DNA of 64,000 nt from Fidelibacterota bacterium (GTDB taxonomy: Bacteria > Fidelibacterota > Fidelibacteria > Fidelibacterales > DSDE01). Position numbers and translations under genes: made by a program. The DNA lies in assembly GCA_046735395.1 (NCBI GenBank), contig JBJKQR010000001.1, positions 59,398 through 123,397 on the forward strand, read 5' to 3'. Below, in pieces: positions 29,270-37,956 of the stretch; the stretch's first letter is position 1, and each line of letters starts with the position of its first letter. The notes under the pieces were generated by a model. It had not been told where the DNA came from and did no database searches. It was given only the letters and a program-made list of their open reading frames with translations.

Positions 29270-29554
29270 TTATTTAACCAGGTCTTTTAAACCTTTGCCA
29301 GCTTTGAACTTCGGAGATTTTCCGGCGGGAATATTGATTTTTTCGCCGGTTTTCGGGTTCACGCCTTTTCTGGCATTGCGTTCAGCAACATAAAATGTAC
29401 CGAAACCGACCAGTGTCAGTTTTCCGCCATCTTTCATAACATCCTGTACGGCGTCAACGAACGCATTAACGGCTTTGTCAGCCTGGGCTTTTGTCAGACC
29501 GGCTTCTTCAGCAATTTTAGCCACGAGTTCAGATTTCCCTAAAGACTTCGACAT
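29270..29554 (-). CDS. hup: DNA-binding protein HU
   Basis: KSELVAKIAEEAGLTK, LVGFGTF, ARKGVNPKTGEKINIPA and PKFKAGK. Confidence 0.97.
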   Translation of the reverse strand: MSKSLGKSELVAKIAEEAGLTKAQADKAVNAFVDAVQDVMKDGGKLTLVGFGTFYVAERNARKGVNPKTGEKINIPAGKSPKFKAGKGLKDLVK

Positions 29555-29934
29555 GTTTTTCTCCTTTGATTAGCTATTTGTCTGTTTAATCCATTCCAAT
29601 TCTCAATACCGTGAATATTCAAATTATTTGTTTTCATGTCAAGGGAAATTATCGAAAGATTTTAAAAAAAACACTGGCAAAACCGCATGAATAGGGTATT
29701 CGTCAATTTCGATACTTTGTTTTCCAATTACTTGAAGGGTTTTTATGTGACTCTCCGAATTCCTTCCTTTATTCTTCCGTTTACGCCATTTCCCTTTCAT
29801 TTCCGAGAATCCGGGAACCGGAAATGGAGAGGCTGATAGCTGTGGGAATTGCTGCCTTGCGGACCGCAGACCTTTTTGTTTTGTTAATTGACGCAATTCT
29901 TTAAATTAGGGGGAGTAACAAAACAGAGGAGTCG

Positions 29935-32364
29935 ATGGTTCGTAGAGTTGTTTTCGTTTTAGTAGTTGTTCTGAGTCTTTTGGATTTGCAGGAATGCGGG
30001 CGAAGCCGTCGTGTCGGGAACGGCATAGATCTATTGGCCCCCGTCACCTTATATAATGGCAGGGCGGATACCCTGCTCCTGGACGATCTGTTCTTTTCGG
30101 AGGATTACAGCAGTTTTACGCCTCTGGAATCCGCATATCTCAATGTGAGCTATTCGCAGGCTGATCATCACCTTATCATAAAGCCGGACCGGGAATTCTG
30201 GGGATTCTGCAGCATGAAATTTAATTTCCGTGGCCGGGATTACGACATGCCCGTCTATGTACGCCGGAAAATTCCTCATGAATTCAGTCTCCATGGGAAT
30301 TTTAATACGGATACGGTCTACGTCTTCGGGAACTTCAATAACTGGCAGCGTGAGCAATATCCGCTTATCTACAATCAGGATAAAGTGCTCTACAGCGGAT
30401 CGGTGGACTTTGACCCGGGCCGCTGGGAGTATCGTTTCGGTATCAACGGGCGCGACAAACTGGATCCGGACAATCCGGAACGGGTGCCCAATGGGTTGGG
30501 GGACTTTAATTCCTTCCTGTTAATTCCTGAATACTATACAGGGAAAATGCCGGTTCTGACACCCGGGACCTTTCGGAAACTTGCCGGCGGAAAAGAGGAA
30601 ATCACGGTCATTGTGATTGCCAATGACGCCAGGGGCCAGCTGAATAAAAGTGATGTGTCCATTTTTCTCGACAATCAGCTGCTCAGTGAGAAGAACTATG
30701 TATTTGATAACAGCAGATCCCTCCGTCTCATTCTGGAAGAAAATCAGCTGAACCGCGATGGAGTGCAGCATCTGAAAGTGATGATCGCCAATAAAAAATT
30801 CAAATCGAATTTTCTGGATATCCTGCTGGTCAATGGGAACCTTCCGGATAATTCAAAGCAAGTCTGGCTGTGGAATGATGCCGTGATCTACAGTATCATG
30901 ACAGACCGTTTTTCCAATGGTGATGACGGGAATGACATGCCGGTCATTCATCCGGACCTGGCTGACCGGGCAAATTTTCAGGGCGGTGACCTGGAAGGAA
31001 TTCTGCAGCGTATCGACGAGGGCTATTTCCGGCATCTCGGCGTGAATACACTCTGGATATCACCCTGGTACGAGACAACGAACAACGCTTTTCAGGAAAC
31101 GCCCAAACCCCATCGCTGGTTTGCGGGGTATCATGGATACTGGCCGGTGCAGCCCCGTACCGTCGAACCCCGTTTCGGCAGCAATGCCCTGCTGAAAACG
31201 GTGGTGGATACGGCCCATCGTCAGGGGCTGAAGATTCTGATGGACTTCATTTCCAATGATGTACACGAAGAACATCCCTACTTCCGTGAACATCGGGACT
31301 GGTTCGGACAGCTGGATCTGCCGGACGGCCGAAAAAATCTCAGACTGTGGGATGAATACCGGCTCACAACCTGGTTTGATCCCTACATCCCCAGTTTCGA
31401 TTACGAGAAAAGTGATGAAGCCATGAAGACGGTGATTTCGGATGCGGTCTGGTGGATGAAGGAATACAAGCTGGACGGCTTTCGCCATGATGCGGTCAAG
31501 CATGTGCCCAACAAATTCTGGCGGGGACTGACCAAGACGCTGAGAACCAGCTTCCCGAAGAAGGATATATATCAGATCGGCGAAACCTTCGGTGACTACC
31601 ATCTGGTATCCTCCTACGTGAATAACGGCCAGCTCAGCGCACAATTCAATTTTAATCAGTACTGGCCGGCCCGCTACTGTTTTGCCGAAGATTCGGCTGA
31701 CTTCGGGGACCTGGTCACCGAAATGGAAAAAAGCATCGATATCTACGGCCAGCTCAATCTGATGGCGAATATCATGGACAGCCATGATCAGCCCCGTCTG
31801 GCAGCTTTTCTGGAGAAGGATCTCAAATGGAATGAGGATGCGGCGGAAGCCGGCTGGGCGCGGGATATTGAAGTGAACCGATCCTCAACCTACGATAAGA
31901 TTGCCATGTATTTTGTCTACCTCATGAGCAGTCCGGGAATTCCGGTGATCTATTACGGGGACGAAATCGGGATGACCGGTGCTGCCGATCCGGATAATCG
32001 CCGGATGATGAAGTGGGGAGAACAGGTTACGGCAAAGGAAAGCCGGCTGCGCACGCAGGTTTCCCAGCTCGTGGATCTGAGGAATCATCACACAGCCCTT
32101 CGCTACGGCGATTTTATTCCCCTGCTGGCCACCAAAAAAGCCTTTGCCTATATCCGGCGTGATTTTCAGGAAAGCATTCTGGTGGTGATCAGTAAAAGCA
32201 AAAAAAGTGAGACAGTCCGGATACACTTTCCGGAAGAATTGCGCATCAAGGGTGCCGAATCCCTGAACGGAAATCCCGGTCTCAGTATGAACGGGGCAGA
32301 TCTCATTGTTACAGCCCGTCCCTGGTCGGGGTATATGTTCCGCCTGCTGCAGGAGGAAAGATGA
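29935..32364 (+). CDS. exported GH13 alpha-amylase family protein with CBM48-like domain
   Basis: VFGNFNNW...WEYRF...DPDNP CBM48-like segment; YSIMTDRF, GGDLEG, YHGYWP, GFRHDAVKH, GETF and DSHD. Confidence 0.9.
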   Translation: MVRRVVFVLVVVLSLLDLQECGRSRRVGNGIDLLAPVTLYNGRADTLLLDDLFFSEDYSSFTPLESAYLNVSYSQADHHLIIKPDREFWGFCSMKFNFRGRDYDMPVYVRRKIPHEFSLHGNFNTDTVYVFGNFNNWQREQYPLIYNQDKVLYSGSVDFDPGRWEYRFGINGRDKLDPDNPERVPNGLGDFNSFLLIPEYYTGKMPVLTPGTFRKLAGGKEEITVIVIANDARGQLNKSDVSIFLDNQLLSEKNYVFDNSRSLRLILEENQLNRDGVQHLKVMIANKKFKSNFLDILLVNGNLPDNSKQVWLWNDAVIYSIMTDRFSNGDDGNDMPVIHPDLADRANFQGGDLEGILQRIDEGYFRHLGVNTLWISPWYETTNNAFQETPKPHRWFAGYHGYWPVQPRTVEPRFGSNALLKTVVDTAHRQGLKILMDFISNDVHEEHPYFREHRDWFGQLDLPDGRKNLRLWDEYRLTTWFDPYIPSFDYEKSDEAMKTVISDAVWWMKEYKLDGFRHDAVKHVPNKFWRGLTKTLRTSFPKKDIYQIGETFGDYHLVSSYVNNGQLSAQFNFNQYWPARYCFAEDSADFGDLVTEMEKSIDIYGQLNLMANIMDSHDQPRLAAFLEKDLKWNEDAAEAGWARDIEVNRSSTYDKIAMYFVYLMSSPGIPVIYYGDEIGMTGAADPDNRRMMKWGEQVTAKESRLRTQVSQLVDLRNHHTALRYGDFIPLLATKKAFAYIRRDFQESILVVISKSKKSETVRIHFPEELRIKGAESLNGNPGLSMNGADLIVTARPWSGYMFRLLQEER

Positions 32365-32762
32365 AAACCGCGATTTCGAAAGATTTTTCCTTTGATATGG
32401 CCCATCGTCTTACATTTCATGAAGGCCTGTGCAGGAATATCCACGGACATACCTACCGCCTGGACGTGACACTGGAAGGCGATCCGGACAGCCGGGGAAT
32501 GATCATGGATTATGCCGATCTGAAATCCCTGGTCCATGAGCTGATCATCGAAAAACTGGACCATGCCCTGGCAGTGTACGAACAGGATTCACTGCTTATG
32601 GGAAAATTTGATCCTTCATTGAAACAGATTATCTTTCCCTTTGAGACGACAGCCGAAAACCTGGTTGCCTGGATATTCCGGGAAATCAGCCGCCGGGAGC
32701 CGAGACTGGCAGAGGTGACACTGTGGGAAACACCCGGAAATAAGGCCGTATGTACCAGATAA
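32361..32762 (+). CDS. queD: 6-carboxytetrahydropterin synthase
   Basis: FDMAHRL...CRNIHGHTY, TAEN and WETP; adjacent to queE and queC. Confidence 0.92.
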   Translation: MKTAISKDFSFDMAHRLTFHEGLCRNIHGHTYRLDVTLEGDPDSRGMIMDYADLKSLVHELIIEKLDHALAVYEQDSLLMGKFDPSLKQIIFPFETTAENLVAWIFREISRREPRLAEVTLWETPGNKAVCTR

Positions 32763-33349
32763 ACGAAATATTTGCCAGCATACAGGGGGAGGGATACTGG
32801 AGCGGTCAGGCTGCCGTATTCATCCGACTGAGCGGCTGCAATCTGCGCTGTGCCTTCTGTGATACGGAATTTCTGCGCAGCCGGACTATGTCTGTGAATG
32901 AGATTTTAAAGGAACTGGAAAATTATGCCGCACGGCATGTGGTTATCACCGGCGGAGAGCCCTTGATGCAGGATCTGACGGAGCTCACACGGGCGTTGAA
33001 GTCCAGAGAATATTTCATTCAGATCGAAACCAACGGCATGTACGATCCCGGCCAGGCAGTTCTGGACTGGATCACGGTATCGCCCAAAAATACGAAACTG
33101 AAGATCCGCAAGGCACATGAACTGAAGCTGTTGCTGGAAACGGGACGGCAGCCGGATGAGCGGGCGGACCTGGTGGAGGCAGCTCATAGATTTATCTCAC
33201 CCGTGAACCCGGGGACCGGAAGAGATGCCGGACTTGATTCTGCTGCCGTCTTTGATCCGGAAGCCGCAGCCTACTGCAGCAGATATGTGACGGAGCATCC
33301 GGAATGGCGGCTTACGGTGCAGCTCCATAAAATTCTGGGATTGCCGTGA
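32750..33349 (+). CDS. queE: 7-carboxy-7-deazaguanine synthase (radical SAM)
   Basis: EIFASIQGEG, CNLRCAFCDT, ITGGEP, IETNG, VSPK and QLHK. Confidence 0.95.
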   Translation: MYQINEIFASIQGEGYWSGQAAVFIRLSGCNLRCAFCDTEFLRSRTMSVNEILKELENYAARHVVITGGEPLMQDLTELTRALKSREYFIQIETNGMYDPGQAVLDWITVSPKNTKLKIRKAHELKLLLETGRQPDERADLVEAAHRFISPVNPGTGRDAGLDSAAVFDPEAAAYCSRYVTEHPEWRLTVQLHKILGLP

Positions 33350-34038
33350 AGACTGTGGATACAGATCAAAAAGCGCTGGTTCTGCTTTCCGGCGGCCAGG
33401 ATTCCATGACCTGCCTCTATTGGAGCCGGCAGCAGTTCAGCACTTTGGAGGCCCTATTTTTTCATTATGAACAGCGGCATCATCTGGAATATGACAGTGC
33501 CTCAAGAGTGGCCACCGACCTTCAGATTCCGCTTCATGAGCTGCATGTGCCCGCTTTCAGCGAAATCGGCGGTTCGGCCATGATTGAAGACATCGATATC
33601 ACCGAGACCGAAGCCGGTTTGCCGAATACCTTCGTTCCCGGACGGAATATCGTATTTCTCACGCTGGCAGCCTCCCTGGCCTACACACGGGGTATCGGAA
33701 ATATTGTCATCGGTGTCAATCAGATGGATTACAGCGGCTATCCGGACTGCCGCAGTGATTTCATCCTGTCCATGCAGGACAGCCTCCGGCTCGGACTCGA
33801 TTTTCACCTGCGTCTGCATACACCGCTGTCGTCCCTGGATAAGGCCGGAATCTGGGCCCTGGCTGATGATCTCGGCGTGTTCGATATCATCGTTCAGCAA
33901 TCACATACCTGCTATCTGGGAGACAGGCGTCAGTTCAATCCCTGGGGCTACGGCTGCGGCAGCTGCCCCGCCTGCCGACTGAGAGCAGATGGGTATAAAC
34001 GCTATCTGGAAAGGAAAAACGGAAAAGTAGTATTATGA
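33346..34038 (+). CDS. queC: 7-cyano-7-deazaguanine synthase
   Basis: SGGQDS, TFVPGRN, SGYPDCR and TCY...GCGSCPAC. Confidence 0.96.
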   Translation: MKTVDTDQKALVLLSGGQDSMTCLYWSRQQFSTLEALFFHYEQRHHLEYDSASRVATDLQIPLHELHVPAFSEIGGSAMIEDIDITETEAGLPNTFVPGRNIVFLTLAASLAYTRGIGNIVIGVNQMDYSGYPDCRSDFILSMQDSLRLGLDFHLRLHTPLSSLDKAGIWALADDLGVFDIIVQQSHTCYLGDRRQFNPWGYGCGSCPACRLRADGYKRYLERKNGKVVL

Positions 34039-35285
34039 AAAGGATTATGAAGTACGTCGTTATCGCTGTTGCACTCCTGACTCAATCAGCCATGTCCGAG
34101 TCCTTTAACTCACAGGTCATCAATGTCAGCGGAACGGAATCAGGAAATATTGTTCTGGTTGAAAAAGCTGATCAAACCCTGATGGTGATGAAAAGCTTCG
34201 GACCACAGCAGCTCAGCACAGTGAAAAGCTTCAAGGTGACCACCGGCCGCAATCGGGGAGATAAAGCGGCTGAAGGGGATTTACGCACGCCGGAAGGCAT
34301 CTATTATGTGAAATATGAAATTCCCGGGGAGAAGCTGGCGCCCAAATACGGCCCCCTGGCCATGGTGCTCGATTATCCGAATGCTCTCGACCAGCTGAAT
34401 CATCATAATGGCACCAATATCTGGATCCACGGACGGGATGTGGAAATCAAGGATCTTCAGACCGAAGGCTGCATCTCACTGGAAAATGAAAATACCCTGC
34501 AGCTGGAAACCTTCATCACCCGGGAAAAAACGCCAATTATCATTGTTGATTCACTGAAATATTTTTCCGCAAATGATATGGATAAGGAACGGCGGCTGTG
34601 GAATTCAAAACTGGAATTGTGGCGCAAGTACTGGGAAACGGGTGACATGGAACGGTATTTCCAGATGTATTCCAAACATTTTGTGGATCAGTCAGGCCGT
34701 TCCATGCAGGAATTCGCCAGATATAAATCGGAACTGGATAAGCGCTACGCCTGGAAAAAAATCAGTATCCGGGATATTATGGCATACCGGACCGACAGTG
34801 AAGTTCATGTCCACTTCATGCAGACCTATGACAGCCCGGTCTTTTCCGGAACCGGATACAAGATTCTCGTTTTTGTTCTGGACGGGGAAGGCGAGTGGCG
34901 CATCCTGAGGGAAACCTACAACGACACCCAGCCGCGGCATTATGTGGAGGCGGACCTGAAATATTTTCTCAGACAGTGGAAGATGGCCTGGGAAAGCAAG
35001 GATATTAAACGCTATGAAAAATTCTACAGTCCCAATTTCAACAGTGGAGATATGAATTTTATCCAGTATCTGGACTATAAGACGCAGAAATTCTCTGAGA
35101 CATCCGCCATCCATCTCTCCATGTCGGATATATCCATCGTGAACAAGAGTCCGGATATCTGGCAGATCCGTTTTCTGCAGGACTATTCCGCCGGGGATTA
35201 TCATGATACAGGCTGGAAGACCCTCACGATCAAGGATGTGAATAAAGTCTATTTTATTATAGATGAAACATGGCAAAATCTTTAA
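34035..35285 (+). CDS. YkuD L,D-transpeptidase-fold protein with two NTF2-like domains (Csd6/Pgp2-like)
   Basis: GDK..EGDLRTPEGIY, LDYPN, IWIHG...TEGCI (His/Cys); two W..(Y/A)WE..D...Y...YS..F NTF2-like modules. Confidence 0.85.
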   Translation: MKRIMKYVVIAVALLTQSAMSESFNSQVINVSGTESGNIVLVEKADQTLMVMKSFGPQQLSTVKSFKVTTGRNRGDKAAEGDLRTPEGIYYVKYEIPGEKLAPKYGPLAMVLDYPNALDQLNHHNGTNIWIHGRDVEIKDLQTEGCISLENENTLQLETFITREKTPIIIVDSLKYFSANDMDKERRLWNSKLELWRKYWETGDMERYFQMYSKHFVDQSGRSMQEFARYKSELDKRYAWKKISIRDIMAYRTDSEVHVHFMQTYDSPVFSGTGYKILVFVLDGEGEWRILRETYNDTQPRHYVEADLKYFLRQWKMAWESKDIKRYEKFYSPNFNSGDMNFIQYLDYKTQKFSETSAIHLSMSDISIVNKSPDIWQIRFLQDYSAGDYHDTGWKTLTIKDVNKVYFIIDETWQNL

Positions 35286-36724
35286 TCACTAAAAGTGTTC
35301 TGCTGCTGCTGGCAGCCCTGTCAGCCGGCATAGCGGAAAGCAGCGTAAAGCGCCCCGGAATCGTTGTCGATACCCGTTTCCCGAATACGGAAAACGAGCT
35401 GAAAATTTATCGGAATTACGGGCGTACGGACGGGTCCACCATTCTGGTCATCGGCGGCATACAGGGGGATGAGCCGGGCGGATATCTGAGCGCCGATCTC
35501 TATTCCGAACTTCCGCTCGAAAAGGGAAATCTCATTGTCGTGCCTCGGGCAAATTTTCAGTCCATCATCACCAACCGCCGTGCCATGGAAAAGGATATGA
35601 ACCGCCTGTTCAACCAGGATAAGGCCGCTCAAACTGCCGAGGACAGCATCGTGGTCATCATTTCCGGGCTCATGGGCGAAGCGGACCTCTTCCTGAATCT
35701 GCATGACGGATACGGGTTTTACCGCGACAAGTGGATCGATGCCAAACACAACCCCCATCGTTTCGGACAGTCGCTCATCGCCGATGTTGATGTTTATAAT
35801 TACAAGGGACGGACCATTGATCTGAAGGGCATCGCCGGAAGCATTCTGCAGAATGTGAACAAGAAAATCCCCAATCCCGAATATCAGATTCATTTCATGA
35901 ATACCCATTCCTTCGACCCGCAGAGCGAGTTCCGGGAAATGATTAACAGCGGCACCTACAATGCCCTGGTCAATTACGGCATTCCTGCCTTCGGTATCGA
36001 AAGCTCGAAGGATCTGCCCAGTGTGGAGGAGAAAATTCTTTATCACAATCTGGTGATCAATGAATTCATGGCGCTCTATGATATCCTGCCGGAAATTCCC
36101 GGCATCAAGGAGGAGACGGTCAATCTGCTCTTCTGTCATATCAGTATCAACGGGCAGAAACCGGAAATCATCTATCCCGGTGACCGCATCAAACTGAAAC
36201 GGGGCGACAGGCTCTCCGTGCGGCATATCTCGGCCGGGACCACCGAAAACGGCCTGAGCTGCGATATTCTCGGCATCGGGTCCTATCAGGACTATGGCAA
36301 GGACCTGACTGTCTCAAACAGCACAGAGATCCTCTTCCGCAAGGATGCCCGCACCATCGGCAAGGTCTTTGTGGATGTGGAAACACCGCCCATCCGTAAA
36401 TCGCTCATTTCCTACGTCCTGAAACGGAACGGCGAATGGATCAAGCTGTCGGACGGCGATACGCTCCGGCTCGGGCCCCGGGACAGCTTCTCCATCGAGG
36501 ATGTGAACAGTCCCGATTTCCGTGCTGACGAGATTACGGTCAATGTGAAGGGCTGGGTTCCCAAAGGCAGCTATAATGATGGTGAGGACCGGCATTTTTC
36601 TGTTCCCGCATCCGATCTCATCTGGAAGAAATATTCACTCCATGGCGATGGCCGCATGTATCCGGTCGTCGTTACGCTCAATAATACCGAAATATCCCGC
36701 ATCATCATCCTGGTTCAGCGTTAA
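35270..36724 (+). CDS. M99 family peptidoglycan carboxypeptidase (Csd4/Pgp1-like)
   Basis: GGIQGDEPGG (Gln as zinc ligand, a Csd4 hallmark), DMNR, LNLHDG and AFGIESSK; signal peptide. Confidence 0.88.
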   Translation: MAKSLITKSVLLLLAALSAGIAESSVKRPGIVVDTRFPNTENELKIYRNYGRTDGSTILVIGGIQGDEPGGYLSADLYSELPLEKGNLIVVPRANFQSIITNRRAMEKDMNRLFNQDKAAQTAEDSIVVIISGLMGEADLFLNLHDGYGFYRDKWIDAKHNPHRFGQSLIADVDVYNYKGRTIDLKGIAGSILQNVNKKIPNPEYQIHFMNTHSFDPQSEFREMINSGTYNALVNYGIPAFGIESSKDLPSVEEKILYHNLVINEFMALYDILPEIPGIKEETVNLLFCHISINGQKPEIIYPGDRIKLKRGDRLSVRHISAGTTENGLSCDILGIGSYQDYGKDLTVSNSTEILFRKDARTIGKVFVDVETPPIRKSLISYVLKRNGEWIKLSDGDTLRLGPRDSFSIEDVNSPDFRADEITVNVKGWVPKGSYNDGEDRHFSVPASDLIWKKYSLHGDGRMYPVVVTLNNTEISRIIILVQR

Positions 36725-36836
36725 GACAGCGCTGTAAAGCGGAGGGAAAGTCCGAAAAATAGTCTGAACAGACTATCGGGACGAACATTTTCCGCCATTA
36801 AAAATATTCAGAAAAGACCTGATGAAATAAAAAGAG

Positions 36837-36919
36837 TGCCCGGGCGGGGATTCGAACCCCCACCCCCGTTGGAGACTAGACCCTGAACCTAGCGCGTCTG
36901 CCAGTTTCACCACCCGGGC
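36837..36919 (-). tRNA. tRNA-Leu (CAG)
   Basis: Reverse strand GCCCGGGTGGTGAAACTGGCAGACGCG-CTAGG-TTCAGGG-TCTAG, variable arm, GGTTCGAATCC. Confidence 0.95.
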
Positions 36920-37105
36920 TTCAAAAAGCGGCTGAATATATTTGAAATTCAGCACTTTTCCAAGAGCATTTTAAAATATTTTCGCACATTTGCGTGAATA
37001 GTTGAATACAGGCGGAATAGCGGTGTCTCTGAATGAAAAAAGATAGGGAGAAATCATTTTTGCTGTTGATTAAATCTCCTCGTAGCGGTAAATTCAGCCC
37101 GCTTT

Positions 37106-37179
37106 CGGAGCGTGGCGCAGACCGGTAGCGCACTTGAATGGGGTTCAAGGGGTCGCAAGTTCAAATCTTGTCGCTCCGA
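37106..37179 (+). tRNA. tRNA-Pro (GGG)
   Basis: CGGAGCG/CGCTCCG acceptor, CTTGA-ATGGGGT-TCAAG anticodon arm, GTTCAAAT T-loop; upstream TTGATT-N17-TAAATT promoter. Confidence 0.93.
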
Positions 37180-37186
37180 CGGAAGT

Positions 37187-37212
37187 GAAAGGGAAGTGAG
37201 AACTTCCCTTTC
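37187..37212 (+). terminator. hairpin after tRNA-Pro
   Basis: GAAAGGGAAGT-GAGA-ACTTCCCTTTC perfect 11-bp stem with GNRA loop; weak U tract. Confidence 0.7.
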
Positions 37213-37602
37213 GTGCTATTGGGGAGAAATTACAGAGCTGTGAAGAAATCATTGGCGGGTTTGCGGGTTAGCTGGTTTTTCGTGGAAACCCCAATCCTCT
37301 AATATTTTGCAACTGTTATTCCGGATAAAAACGTCGAGGTGAAAAAAAAACGGATTACTCGATACTGCGCTGCGGATCAGATCCTCAGTGACAGAGGGCA
37401 ATGGCAGAGGGAGATGACTGTGGCAGGGGTGCGCGAAGACGGACCTGTCAGGCCGCAGGTAGTCTGTTCGGATTCGGTCAGTTTTATGACCTGAATTAAT
37501 AGTATAAATAGATAATTAACAGATAATTAATAACGTGTTCAATCCGGAATAGTAATATTATTCAAAAAAAAATAAAAATACTATAGAAATAGTCGTATTA
37601 AC

Positions 37603-37620
37603 TATCGTATATTTACGATA
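37603..37620. promoter_or_regulatory. putative ArsR operator
   Basis: TATCGTA-TATT-TACGATA inverted repeat 21 nt upstream of the arsR ATG. Confidence 0.75.
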
Positions 37621-37641
37621 TACAATACAAGGAGATATAAA

Positions 37642-37956
37642 ATGCAATCCAAAAAAGACCTGTTTGATGAGACGGACATTCGTCTGGCTGATTATGCCAA
37701 AGCCCTGTCTCATCCGGCCCGTATAAAAATCCTTGAATACCTGATACAGCTGAATATCTGCAGTTGTGGAGATATCGTGGAGCAGTTACCGCTATCGCAG
37801 GCGACTGTTTCTCAGCATCTGAAGGAATTGAAACGGGTCGGCATGATCGCGGGTGAAATCGAAGGGCCGAAAGTCTGTTATTGCGTGGACCATGCTGTGA
37901 TTCAAGAAGTCAGGGATGGTTTTGAGGCGCTGTTCAATAAAGTATGTTGTAAATGA
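37642..37956 (+). CDS. arsR: ArsR/SmtB family repressor
   Basis: KALSHPARIKIL, CSCGDIV, LSQATVSQHLKELK and C-terminal CC; AGGAG RBS. Confidence 0.93.
   Translation: MQSKKDLFDETDIRLADYAKALSHPARIKILEYLIQLNICSCGDIVEQLPLSQATVSQHLKELKRVGMIAGEIEGPKVCYCVDHAVIQEVRDGFEALFNKVCCK

Noticed and set aside
29849..29867. SRP-RNA-like core on the minus strand (GCGGTCCGCAAGGCAGCAA)
   Set aside because: The conserved CAGG and the UCC/GGA pairing are broken, and there is no long flanking helix.
32361..34038. dpd-type DNA 7-deazaguanine modification/defence island
   Set aside because: No dpdA/tgtA5, dpdB or dpdC in the window. Queuosine precursor synthesis is the default explanation.
3351..36744. Similar words after the MCP stop (GCTCTGTAAACGGAG) and the Csd4-like stop (GCGCTGTAAAGCGGAG), each before a convergent tRNA-Leu
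   Set aside because: Short, gapped and only two copies, so not distinguishable from chance.
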